A stretch of 63,844 nt of DNA, filler included, from Octopus bimaculoides (lineage: Eukaryota), in the NCBI RefSeq assembly GCF_001194135.2. It is 6 parts of 5 records of this genome, joined end to end, with 100 filler letters (N's around TTAATTAATTAA, not from the genome) between each part and the next. Parts side by side here need not be neighbours in the genome. Positions count along the whole stretch, not along the records: positions 51,175 to 56,849 come from NC_068995.1; positions 56,950 to 61,411 come from NC_068982.1; positions 61,512 to 63,844 come from NC_068998.1; 3 more parts are not named here. One strand, given 5' to 3'. The notes under the pieces are model-generated. The model did no database searches. It saw only the letters and a program-made list of their open reading frames with translations, and was not told the origin of the DNA. The position numbers were made by a program, and so were the translations under genes. This document shows, one piece after another, positions 53,221 to 63,844 of this stretch; position 1 is the stretch's first letter; each line of letters begins with the position of its first letter.

Positions 53221-54182
53221 TTATTCGTCCGGCTTTAAGTTCNNNNNNNNNNNNNNNNNNNNNNNNNNNNNNNNNNNNNNNNNNNNNNNNNNNNNNNNNN
53301 NNNNNNNNNNNNNNNNNNNNNNNNNNNNNNNNNNNNNNNNNNNNNNNNNNNNNNNNNNNNNNNNNNNNNNNNNNNNNNNNNNNNNNNNNNNNNNNNNNNN
53401 NNNNNNNNNNNNNNNNNNNNNNNNNNNNNNNNNNNNNNNNNNNNNNNNNNNNNNNNNNNNNNNNNNNNNNNNNNNNNNNNNNNNNNNNNNNNNNNNNNNN
53501 NNNNNNNNNNNNNNNNNNNNNNNNNNNNNNNNNNNNNNNNNNNNNNNNNNNNNNNNNNNNNNNNNNNNNNNNNNNNNNNNNNNNNNNNNNNNNNNNNNNN
53601 NNNNNNNNNNNNNNNNNNNNNNNNNNNNNNNNNNNNNNNNNNNNNNNNNNNNNNNNNNNNNNNNNNNNNNNNNNNNNNNNNNNNNNNNNNNNNNNNNNNN
53701 NNNNNNNNNNNNNNNNNNNNNNNNNNNNNNNNNNNNNNNNNNNNNNNNNNNNNNNNNNNNNNNNNNNNNNNNNNNNNNNNNNNNNNNNNNNNNNNNNNNN
53801 NNNNNNNNNNNNNNNNNNNNNNNNNNNNNNNNNNNNNNNNNNNNNNNNNNNNNNNNNNNNNNNNNNNNNNNNNNNNNNNNNNNNNNNNNNNNNNNNNNNN
53901 NNNNNNNNNNNNNNNNNNNNNNNNNNNNNNNNNNNNNNNNNNNNNNNNNNNNNNNNNNNNNNNNNNNNNNNNNNNNNNNNNNNNNNNNNNNNNNNNNNNN
54001 NNNNNNNNNNNNNNNNNNNNNNNNNNNNNNNNNNNNNNNNNNNNNNNNNNNNNNNNNNNNNNNNNNNNNNNNNNNNNNNNNNNNNNNNNNNNNNNNNNNN
54101 NNNNNNNNNNNNNNNNNNNNNNNNNNNNNNNNNNNNNNNNNNNNNNNNNNNNNNNNNNNNNNNNNNNNNNNNNNNNNNNNNN

Positions 54183-54230
<48 letters not shown>

Positions 54231-55230
54231 CACACACACACACAGGTGCATGTATACATACATGAAGTTATACCAATTAACAGCACACTCACACAAACAA
54301 ATACACACACACATATATACACACACATACATACATGCACATTACGCATTCACGCATACAATACAACACACATATATACACACAGCACATACACAAACGC
54401 ATACACAAATCTGCACACACAAACACACACGCAGCGAACACTTTTACACGCAATCTGTACACACATACGTACACACACACATCACCTCATGAACATTAAG
54501 TGCCGTACACCACCCACAACACACTCATTAGCATATTCGTTCGTTGGTGTGTTTGTCATTAGACACAGTTCTGCTAATACATAAACCGCCATAATGACTG
54601 CAATTAGAATACGTCTTCTTTAATCTGACAGAAAGATTATATTTACCCTGAATACAAAACGGCAGGGACGTTTGACAAACTACGAAACTATTGTATAATG
54701 TTCAGTAAATCATTTGATATCCAGTATGGATTAATATCCATACTGGATTAATATCCAATATGGATTAATATCTAGTATGGGACTTCAAGCATTTCTAGGA
54801 GAGAAGATTCGAAAATTAAAATAAATCGTTACGACTCATGAACAAGAAAACCGGTTTCGGCTACAAAAAAAAAAAAAAAANNNNNNNNNNNNNNNNNNNN
54901 NNNNNNNNNNNNNNNNNNNNNNNNNNNNNNNNNNNNNNNNNNNNNNNNNNNNNNNNNNNNNNNNNNNNNNNNNNNNNNNNNNNNNNNNNNNNNNNNNNNN
55001 NNNNNNNNNNNNNNNNNNNNNNNNNNNNNNNNNNNNNNNNNNNNNNNNNNNNNNNNNNNNNNNNNNNNNNNNNNNNNNNNNNNNNNNNNNNNNNNNNNNN
55101 NNNNNNNNNNNNNNNATTGTTGTATTTGGGGACTGTCATGTTGCCAGTTTAGCCAATAAAAACACACACACTATATATTTGGTGTTAATTTGCTTCAGCT
55201 TTATTTTATTTTTTACATTAATCGTATTTC

Positions 55231-55276
55231 GGCCAGAGTTCTTTCGTCACACTTCTGTGACCTCATCAGTGGTCCT
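55231..55276 (-). ncRNA. Putative minimal type I hammerhead ribozyme
   Basis: Minus strand GGACCA CUGAUGA G GUCACA-GAAG-UGUGAC GAAA G-AA-C U C UGGCC. Intact CUGAUGA/GAAA core, 6-bp stem II, minimal stem III, UC cleavage site, stem I CCA/UGG plus GG/CC. One extra G follows A9. Confidence 0.6.
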
Positions 55277-55409
55277 TTGCTTTCTTCTTTCTTGTTTATG
55301 TGTCTTTCCTTACGATCAGTCATTTTCCAAACGATCAGCCATTTTGAAAAATACAAAATGGCTGATCCTTAGTAAGGAAAGACGCACAAATAAGAAAGAA
55401 GAAAGCAAA

Positions 55410-55454
55410 GGATCACTGATGAGGCCACAGAAGTGTGACGAAAGAACTCTGGCC
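55410..55454 (+). ncRNA. Second putative hammerhead ribozyme copy (one stem II mismatch)
   Basis: GGAUCA CUGAUGA G GCCACA-GAAG-UGUGAC GAAA GAACUC UGGCC. Core intact, C-A mismatch in stem II, U-G wobble in stem I. Confidence 0.5.
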
Positions 55455-56379
55455 GAAATAAGATTAATGAACTAAGTACAGTGAATCAATAAGTACAGTG
55501 AATCAATAACAAGAATGATTATCGAATGAATGAATGAATGAATGAGAGGAATAAAATACTTAAATGAATGAATAAATCAATATATAAGAGAAAGAATTGA
55601 AATATAAATGGAAATGAACGGAGTGGTGTAGTTGAGAAAATGAAAGCTCTGATAAGCGAATGAGTACGTAACACTGAAAGAGGTTTAAAGTGAAATGAAA
55701 AATAACGAATTAGAATAAGACAAGATAAGATTTTAAAATTTATATTGAACGAATATAGAAAGCTGTTGTCTTGTATGTCTGTTCAATGAATGAGAAAAAG
55801 TAGCATGAATAAATAAGTGAAGGATGGAAAGCTGAAATGGAAGTAAAAAAAAATTGACTGAAATTAATAAATGAATACATAAATAGAATTCAGAAAAGAA
55901 AGAAAGAATTAATGAGGTAAATGACGTAAGTTGTGAAAAATAGAAGTAATGAATGAAAAACAGATGAAGTAATGAATAAGTAAATGAATGATTAAAGTTA
56001 ATGCGTATATGAATGAAATTCGCAAATAATCGAATAAAGGAGGAAAGAATGGGATGAATGAAATGAATAAAAAAAAATAGATAAATGTATGAACAAAACA
56101 AAAATGAAATAAACGAATGAAGTTAAAATATGAAACAATAAATAGAGGAAGGAATAAGCGAAGAAGAGAAAATGGTGGTGAATGAAAAAAATTGAATGAA
56201 TGAAAAGGGGAAAAAATCTCTAAAGTAATTGAAGTAGAAGAGGATCAATAACATTTGTGAAGGCCCCTTGTCACCCACATCCGCTCACGTCTAGTGGTGA
56301 GGACGGGAGTTCGTATATATAGTGATGGTGATGGTGGTAGCGCTAAAGGTGGGAGGGCTGAATGGAACGGACGTTCACA

Positions 56380-56545
56380 CGCAGCTTCCGGTTGGTGCGA
56401 TGAGATCATGGTCACATGACTAATGCGCTTACTTACCACGCACCGCTAATCCATTGATGGATCGAGATTAAGCTCGGCTGGCTGGCTCGCTGGCAAGATG
56501 GCGGACTGGCGGACTGGCGGACTGGCGGACTGGCGGACTGGCGGA
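56380..56545. promoter_or_regulatory. Promoter-like motif cluster: ETS, CLEAR/M-box-type E-box, YY1, (ACTGGCGG)n
   Basis: CTTCCGGT at 56385-56392, GTCACATGAC at 56411-56420, CAAGATGGCGG at 56494-56504 followed by an 8-mer GC-rich repeat. A minus-strand G|GTAAGT donor lies near 56437. GC- and CpG-rich relative to the flanks. No expression evidence. Confidence 0.35.
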
Positions 56546-56849
56546 ATGGTATATTGTATAAAGCACCACTATTACTACCACAACCGCTATACCACCACCA
56601 CCACCACCACCACCACCAATACTACTCACTGCCCATGAACAACCAACTAAACATTAGTGTCGGTGGAACCACCTCTACCTCTGCCGGAACTGCTTTATCG
56701 GCAACATTAATGGCACCACTGATATCATCACCATCATCACCGCCTTCGTCGCCATTAACATCTACCTGAGTACAGATTCTACAACTAAGAATACTAAAAC
56801 CGCTATCAACGTCGCAACTTCCACCACCACCACCACCACCACCACGAAC

Positions 56850-56949
56850 NNNNNNNNNNNNNNNNNNNNNNNNNNNNNNNNNNNNNNNNNNNNTTAATTA
56901 ATTAANNNNNNNNNNNNNNNNNNNNNNNNNNNNNNNNNNNNNNNNNNNN
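56850..56949. other. Artificial scaffold-join spacer
   Basis: N44-TTAATTAATTAA (56894-56905)-N44. Confidence 0.95.
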
Positions 56950-57164
56950 ATATATATATATATTTGTATATATATATATGTATGTATGTATGCATGTTTG
57001 TGTGTGTGTGTATGTGTGTATATAGTTAGACCCAAAGCTAGGTACGATATACATATCTATTGTATTGAGTGTTTTACCTCTAGCTGAGAACAGTTATACT
57101 GCACACTATAATATTCAAGAGTTTAATCTATGATGGTCATATAGTCACTCTTATGTCAGTTCTA

Positions 57165-57690
57165 TTGGGTCATCCCGTAAATAATGCGGTTTTTTGAATT
57201 ACATGAAGTCGGAGTGAAACGGGATAAAGTATTTGCATCAACTTGCTATAACAGCAGGTAGTAATTTTACTTTCTTACTTAATCTTAGTGCAAATTTTGA
57301 CGAGGGCATTTAGATTTTAACAGTTATTTTTCCAAAGCTATAATGGAAGTCGCAAAGGAGCATATTCGGTATATTTTGCCTTGCGAGGTCACGAATGAAC
57401 CTTTTATCGATCAAAGAGTGACTAGTGACGAGAAATGGGTTTTCTATAAAAATTTCAAGCACACCCCAGGCTAACACCCACGTAAGGTGTTGTTATCTGT
57501 TTGGTGGGATATTAAAGGTTTAGTGAACTTAGAACTTTTAAGCCCCAACCAAACGATAACAATGGAGATCTACTGCGAACAGCATGAGCGACTTAAGTCA
57601 GCGCTAGAAGAAAAACGAACATCTTTCGTTTGAAGACAAAAGGTATTCATCAATCTGGATAATGCTCGGACACACACAGCGAGGATGACA
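57165..57690 (+). mobile_element. Internally deleted mariner (DD34D-type) element
   Basis: Left end TA|TTGGGTCATCCCGTAAATAATGCGG. MEVAKEHIRYIL is fused to EPFIDQRVTSDEKWVFY, HPRKVLLSVWWDIKGLV, TITMEIYCEQHERLKSALEEKR and LDNARTHTA. Confidence 0.85.
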
Positions 57691-59627
57691 TTGATATGCT
57701 GTTAAGTTTTGCGTTTGCTTACCTACCACGGTATGTCCCTTAATATCCTAGTTCTCCCCGATAAAAGCTGACCAGGAATAAAAGTCTTGCCAGGAACCTC
57801 CTGTTTTTTCCTATACATCAGAGTATTAGAAGTATAAAATTAGTCAGAATTATGAAATAGAGTAGGTCCGTTCTTTAGATGGTAGAGTGAAATTTAGCGG
57901 ACATCTGACTCATAATTCTATCTGGCCCAGGGAACTGGCTGAAGAAATTCCTTTCTGGTTTGGCTCCTTCATTGATATCTACAGCAGAGTTTGGTGAGGT
58001 GAAGTTAGTTGGATGTCACACCATCTGTGCTTCCGTTCCTCTGCGACCATCACAAGTATGCTAACATAATGTTTTCACTTAACGACGATATTGAAAATGC
58101 AGTCATTTCGAGTGATATTTATTTTTGCTTCGACTGAGAGAGCAGATAAACAATTTCAATGATTGAATTACAATATACACGCACATGTGCGCAAGCACGC
58201 ACATGCGGGCCGGCACACACATGGGCGTGAGCACGCATATGCACTTTACCATGCACACACATTGTTCAATATGGAACGGTAATGCTTATATAGCCACATT
58301 GCATCATTATATTTATATGACGGCATTACAAGTTGCAAGCTCCAATATTTTCTTTAGCCATTATTCTACTTCAGAATTTGCAAATTCTCTCATAACTGAT
58401 TATATANNNNNNNNNNNNNNNNNNNNNNNNNNNNNNNNNNNNNNNNNNNNNNNNNNNNNNNNNNNNNNNNNNNNNNNNNNNNNNNNNNNNNNNNNNNNNN
58501 NNNNNNNNNNNNNNNNNNNNNNNNNNNNNNNNNNNNNNNNNNNNNNNNNNNNNNNNNNNNNNNNNNNNNNNNNNNNNNNNNNNNNNNNNNNNNNNNNNNN
58601 NNNNNNNNNNNNNNNNNNNNNNNNNNNNNNNNNNNNNNNNNNNNNNNNNNNNNNNNNNNNNNNNNNNNNNNNNNNNNNNNNNTATATATATATATATATA
58701 TATATATACGTACGTGTATGTATGTATGTATGTATGTATGTATGTATTTATGTATGCATGTATGTATATATCTATCTCTATATACATACACACCCATATA
58801 TACACACATGCATTTATGTATGTACATCTGTACATATGTATCTCTTAAATTGCTGCGATCTTGTGCCTTTTCACGGACGTTGAGGAAACGATGTAACTGT
58901 GTATGCATGCATATGTGATGTATGAGTATACACACGTACTTAGATAAAGACAAATAAGCACACACCCATATGTGTGTGCGTGTGTGTATGTGTGTAAATA
59001 TACTTATATTTGTATATGCTTTCATGTACATATAAATATCTATGTATCTATATATACGTGTGTGTGTATGTAAATGTAGATATATTTGTAAATGCTTTCA
59101 TGTATATATGTATATATATGTATATGTATGTGTGTTTGCGTGTGCTTGTGTGTGTTTGTGTGCGTTTGTATGTTTGTGTACGCATATACGTACTTTTATT
59201 TGTGGTATATATATATGTATATAAACTCATATATAGAAACATCTATGTACCATAGAACGATTTATCCAAACGCTCGCTCACGTACAGATACACACGCACG
59301 CTTTGAATTATTATTTATTTTATTGATATTTGTATCTGTATGATATATGTATGCCATGTAGGATCGACTATATACTTATTATGCACACCTCGGCCAGACA
59401 GTAGAAAATAATTATAGCGCTGCGTTATACAAATTCTATTGTCACAACAGACCACAATCCACTCCAAGACAATAAACTCTGAATATAATATCATAAGTTC
59501 ATAATATATAATTTTTATGTAGGTAAATATTCTAATGAGATTAGCGAATACTGAGATTTCCTAATACTACATACATATATTCACATACATATATGTTTAC
59601 ATAGTATATACATATATATACATACAT

Positions 59628-59680
<53 letters not shown>

Positions 59681-59696
59681 CATATANNNNNNNNNN

Positions 59697-59749
<53 letters not shown>

Positions 59750-60356
59750 CACGTGAATACAGACATATTTACACACGAATGCATATACACCTATATATGT
59801 GTGTGTGTGTGTTTATTTATGAATATGTGTGTACTTGAATATGTTTGCATTTATGTTTGCAAGAGAGAGAGAGAGAGAGACAGCGAGAGGGAGACAGTGA
59901 GAAAGAGAGTCAGAGAAAGTCACAGAGAGAGACAGAGAGAGGTGAAGAGAGAGAACGTGAGAGAGAGAGGGAGAGAGAGAGAGGGAGGGAGAGAGAGCGG
60001 GTAAGTGAGTGAGTGAGAATGGGTAGTAGGGAGCGAGAGAAGACGTGAGTTATATGTTCTGTTGCACACTTACCATTAAGTGTCTCAAAATCATACATTT
60101 CTTGAATATTAAAACTCTATAATTTGCTCAGCCCCATGCGTATTTGAGTATGCAAGTTTGCTTATATATATATAGGCACTTGTGTGTAAGCACACACATT
60201 TATGTCTGCACGTATGTATATTCATTTCTATCGCAATTGGAGAACAATAGTTGCTCTGTTTAGAAGTTGGCAGAAAGCTATTCACAGTTTCTCTGTATTT
60301 TAGACAAATACAGTGACAAGGAAATGTCTGCACCGCGCTGGACAACAATATCCAAA

Positions 60357-60790
60357 TATTCTTTTCTTCTCAAGGCTCAAGGCCCGAAATTTTGGGGGAG
60401 GGATCCAGTCGATTAGATCGACCCCAGTACGTAACTCGTACTTAATTTATCGACCCCGAAAGGATGAAAAGCAAACTCGACCTCGGCGGAATTTGAACTC
60501 AGAACTTAACGGCAGACGAAATACCGCAAAGCATTTCACCCGGCGTTCTAACGTTTCTGCCAGCTAGCTGCCTTAGAATATTCAAATATTTGTTTCTTTA
60601 TTTCCGAGAAGGGGTTAACCTAGAGGGGACAAACTAGGACAGAATAACGGATTAAATCGATTACATCGACTCAGAAAGGATGAAAGGCAATGTCGACCTC
60701 GGCGGAATTTGAACTCAGAATGTAGCGGCAGACGAAATAGTGCTAAGCATTTCGCCCGGCAGGCTAACGATTCTGCCAGCTCGCCGCCTT
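60357..60790 (-). mobile_element. Two head-to-tail SINE family A copies (about 60357-60574 and 60611-60790)
   Basis: Two reverse-complement family A units with different 3' tails. Confidence 0.85.
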
Positions 60791-61178
60791 TAAAGAGTCC
60801 GCAGAAGTTCGCCACTACCTTCTACCGGAGCCGCGAGGTGTTAGTTCTAGAATATCGAAATATAACAACAACAACAAAAAAAAGAAAAAAAGAAAAAAAA
60901 AGAATTCATCGTGCCAACAACATTCCTCTCCACCATTCATCACTTCAAAGCTACATTCATAAATACTGCTTCATGATTTGATGATCAATCCACATGTCAC
61001 TTCTTGCTTGTGTATTTGGTAAACCTGTTCAGTGTTTAGAGTTGCGTAACGTATTAGATAATTTGATGGCTGATGTGCATACTGTATACTTAACTGTACA
61101 ATGATCATGTCACAAGATAGGCAGACAAGCGCGCACACACACACATATATCAGTAGAGTGATAGATAGAAAAATATAT

Positions 61179-61209
<31 letters not shown>

Positions 61210-61210
<1 letters not shown>

Positions 61211-61411
61211 TCTTTTATTCGTTTCAGTCTTTTGAATGCAGCTGTGCTGGAGCGCCGGCTTCAGTCGAGCGAATCAATCCCAGGACTTATTCTTTGTAAG
61301 CCTAGTAATTATTCTATCGGTCTCCTTTGTCGAACCGCTATTGTTGCGTAGGCGTAAAGACACCAGCATCGGTTGAGGGAACAAACACAGACGCACAAAC
61401 ATATGCACATG
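61210..61411 (-). mobile_element. SINE family B, 3' part
   Basis: TTTTATTCGTTTCAGTC...GTGCTGGAGCGCCGGCTTCAGTCGAGCGAATCAATCCCAGGACTTATTCTTTGTAAGCC. Confidence 0.75.
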
Positions 61412-61511
61412 NNNNNNNNNNNNNNNNNNNNNNNNNNNNNNNNNNNNNNNNNNNNTTAATTAATTAANNNNNNNNNNNNNNNNNNNNNNNNNNNNNNNNN
61501 NNNNNNNNNNN
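61412..61511. other. Artificial scaffold-join spacer
   Basis: N44-TTAATTAATTAA (61456-61467)-N44. Confidence 0.95.
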
Positions 61512-62730
61512 CTGACCGTCGTTCCTTGTCCTGATTTGTGGTTGACCAAGTTGGAAAGACAGCTCTTTCACTTTCTGTGGAGGGGCTCGAAACCACTTGT
61601 GAGACGCTCTATCTGTTGCCAGAAACCGTTAAAGGGAGGTTTAGGGATGCCTTGGTTGATGATGCGCAGGCATGCGTTGAGGTTGAGGCATCTTTGGATA
61701 CTCCTGGATGGTGACCAGGTGTGGTCTCCGTTGGCAAGACAAATGTTCCCCAACTTTGCCAGTATGAGTGCAAAGGAAGCTTGGTGCTTTCGCAAGGCTC
61801 TCCTGTTATTCCGACGCTCGGGCAACGCCGGCAGCGGGGGTTCTACGGCATTCTTTTATAGAGGGTTAGTAAAGGCAGAATGTGACGATGGCCTGGGAAC
61901 GACTCTGGGTCTCGGATTTATTGAACTTGACAGCCTGTTCTTCCGTACATTCGGGTTGAAGTCGCTGGATAATTTCCAAATGTCTTTGACCTGATACTGT
62001 TACAGAGGAGCCTTGCCCGTTCGCGATAAACTTGCAAGACATGGAATGCAGACATCACCGACCTGTCCAAGATGCGGGCGGGATAGGGAAACCGTCCCGC
62101 ACGCTATTATACGGTGTCCGAAAGTCTCTGAAATGTGGGTTTACGTGGAACACCTAGTGTCAAATGAAGGAAGAGTACAGTTGTCGGCTGAGTCAATTAT
62201 AAAAATTAACCCGCCAAGTTTATTATCAAACGAAGGTAAGAAATGTTTCCTCATTACAATAGCAGTAGCGAAAGAGGTAGTGTGGAAGACTAGAATGGAA
62301 GGGACCAAGACGGGCACTTTCATCTTCAGTCAAAATCTGGTAAGATATTTTTCTTTTCATTTGAAAAGAAAAATACGACTGGAGAGAAAGTGTTTGTCGG
62401 AGAAAGTGTTTCAATCAAGATGGAAATATGTCGCTCGAGAGTTGCGAGTGAAAGAGTCCAATTGAATACGCCATAAGTGTCTTCAAAAGTGTCAGTGGTG
62501 GGATGGGGCTCGTGGGGTCAGAGCGTAACCCAGTCCGCCACTTCATCTTTCTATGTTGTTTTGTTCTTTGTATATTGTAACATTCGATTTTCGATTTCAC
62601 CGATTTCATTATATCTTAATTACCAAATTTTTAATTGTTTCGCATTCTATGTAACCCCATATTTTTATCTGACCCCAATCAGATTGTATTGTCCCTTCTT
62701 TGTTTGGCCCCTAGTGGGTAATAAAGAGAT
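61512..62730 (+). mobile_element. L1/Tx1-clade LINE 3' part (RT thumb, zf-RVT, 3' UTR)
   Basis: LERQLFHFLWRGSKPLVRRSICCQKPLKGGLGMP and YRGALPVRDKLARHG..PTCPRCGRDRETVPHAIIRCPKV (CxxC...H...C). AATAAA near 62720. Confidence 0.9.
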
Positions 62731-62855
62731 AATGCTGCCGCTCTGTGCTGAATTTCACGCGATTCCACTGCACCGTTCTCGAGTGAATCTGCCGACACTC
62801 AGTCAATCAATCAATCAAGCAATCAAGAACACTGCAATTTATAGTATAGATTAGT

Positions 62856-63075
62856 AAGACGGTGAGCTGACAGAATCGTTAGCACGCGGGGCAAAATGCT
62901 GAGCGGCATTTCGTTTGTATTTACGTTCTGAGTTTAGATTTCACTGAAGACGAGTTTGTCTTTCATCCTTTCGGGGTCGATAAAATAAATACCAGTTCAG
63001 CACTGAGGTCGATGTAATCGACTTAACCTGCCTCCCTAAATTGCTAGCCTTGCGCCAAAATTTGAAATCAATATA
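62856..63075 (+). mobile_element. SINE family A
   Basis: GGTGAGCTGACAGAATCGTTAGCACGCGGGG...TTTCATCCTTTCGGGGTCGATAAAATAAATACCAG. Confidence 0.88.
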
Positions 63076-63231
63076 ATTTGTATCACATATTTTCATGATA
63101 ATTGTCAAAACTTGAGAGAATATCTGCTTGACTAGCTTTGATTGTAATTCTGATAGATGTAGGTTTGATTTTGAAGTTATTGAAAGAAATGCAATGGAAG
63201 AGTTAAAAAGAAGTTAAAGCAAAAATTTCAC

Positions 63232-63429
63232 CTCGTGTGTCCATGTGAAAGTCTTGGATCTTTTGCATTTCTTCAGTGCAACTAGTGAGATTAAAACAGC
63301 TACCCATACTGGTATGGTGTATAAAAACCATATTAACTGGAGTGTTTATATAGTCTATTTCTTTTGGTATTCGAGCATTCCATTGTGAACGACTGACAAT
63401 TTGACAATCGCAGGAGCATTGAAGAGCTT
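63232..63429 (-). CDS. PGRP: Peptidoglycan recognition protein (PGRP, amidase_2) internal exon, 198 nt, phase 1-1
   Basis: TTTTTATTTTTCAG|AA GCT ... ACA CGA G|GTGAAA. Translates (E)ALQCSCDCQIVSRSQWNARIPKEIDYINTPVNMVFIHHTSMGSCFNLTSCTEEMQKIQDFHMDTR(G), with IVSRxxWxA, IHHT, the two conserved Cys and IQxFHM preceding the expected GWxDIGY. Confidence 0.9.
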
Positions 63430-63605
63430 CTGAAAAATAAAAATACAAATATACTAAGACACATACTATTTTATAAATTAACAATTTACTATGTAAAATC
63501 TTCAAAACAAGAGGTAAGACGTTCTACCAGCAGCTTTACCCAGTTCCTCAATTTTCCCCTCTTTTCTTTTCTGTTACAATTTCTCTATCTTTACTTTCTT
63601 GCTAC

Positions 63606-63663
<58 letters not shown>

Positions 63664-63844
63664 TGAGCGCGCACGCACACACAAAATGTATACATGTGTG
63701 TGTATACAGAGTGAGTGAGTGAGTGAGAAAGACAGAGAAACATATATCTCCCAATATATGAATAAAAGACACATTATGTGTCTTGTCGGTCATGCTGGTA
63801 AAGGGAAATTAAACAAGAAATGGAATGGGAGTGAGGGACAATCA

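Larger units (their letters stand above)
55216..55469. repeat. Inverted repeat with ~97-bp arms, resembling Penelope-type terminal repeats
   Basis: 55216-55313 is the near-perfect reverse complement of 55372-55469. The spacer holds an inner hairpin GATCAGCCATTTTG-AAAAATA-CAAAATGGCTGATC. Confidence 0.92.

Noticed and set aside
55480-56220. Long (GAAT)-rich purine-biased tract with a 122-aa minus ORF
   Set aside because: Degenerate tetranucleotide repeat; the ORF is a compositional artefact.
57780-58180. Possible CR1-type RT remnant (NWLKKFLSG; FSLNDDIEN) or exon
   Set aside because: Too degenerate to assign; no PGRP or HGSNAT similarity on either strand.

Overview
Repeat-rich, gene-poor animal genomic DNA. 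The microsatellite load, the AT-richness and the SINE/LINE families suggest a coleoid cephalopod such as Octopus; this is an inference, not a database result. The window is six scaffolds joined by five 100-bp spacers (N44-TTAATTAATTAA-N44), so long-range order is provisional. Recognisable host coding sequence is limited to two adjacent HGSNAT exons (+ strand, 43083-43209 and 45877-45963, canonical GT-AG, in frame) and one PGRP/amidase-2 exon (- strand, 63232-63429). The rest is decayed mobile DNA: HERO-like, R4/Dong-like, RTE and L1/Tx1 LINEs, Penelope-like relics, mariner, Tc1, Merlin and Helitron pieces, at least three tRNA-SINE families, and many microsatellites. Almost all ORF-track entries are microsatellite or gap translations. 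The most notable structures are: (i) a ~250-bp inverted repeat carrying a type I hammerhead-ribozyme motif in each arm (55216-55469); (ii) a ~750-bp foldback palindrome (51363-52112); (iii) a 17-bp tandem array of 5'-splice-site/ETS-like motifs inside the HGSNAT intron; (iv) a GC-rich promoter-like motif cluster (ETS, CLEAR-type E-box, YY1) at 56380-56545. Repeat boundaries are read by eye and approximate unless stated as exact.
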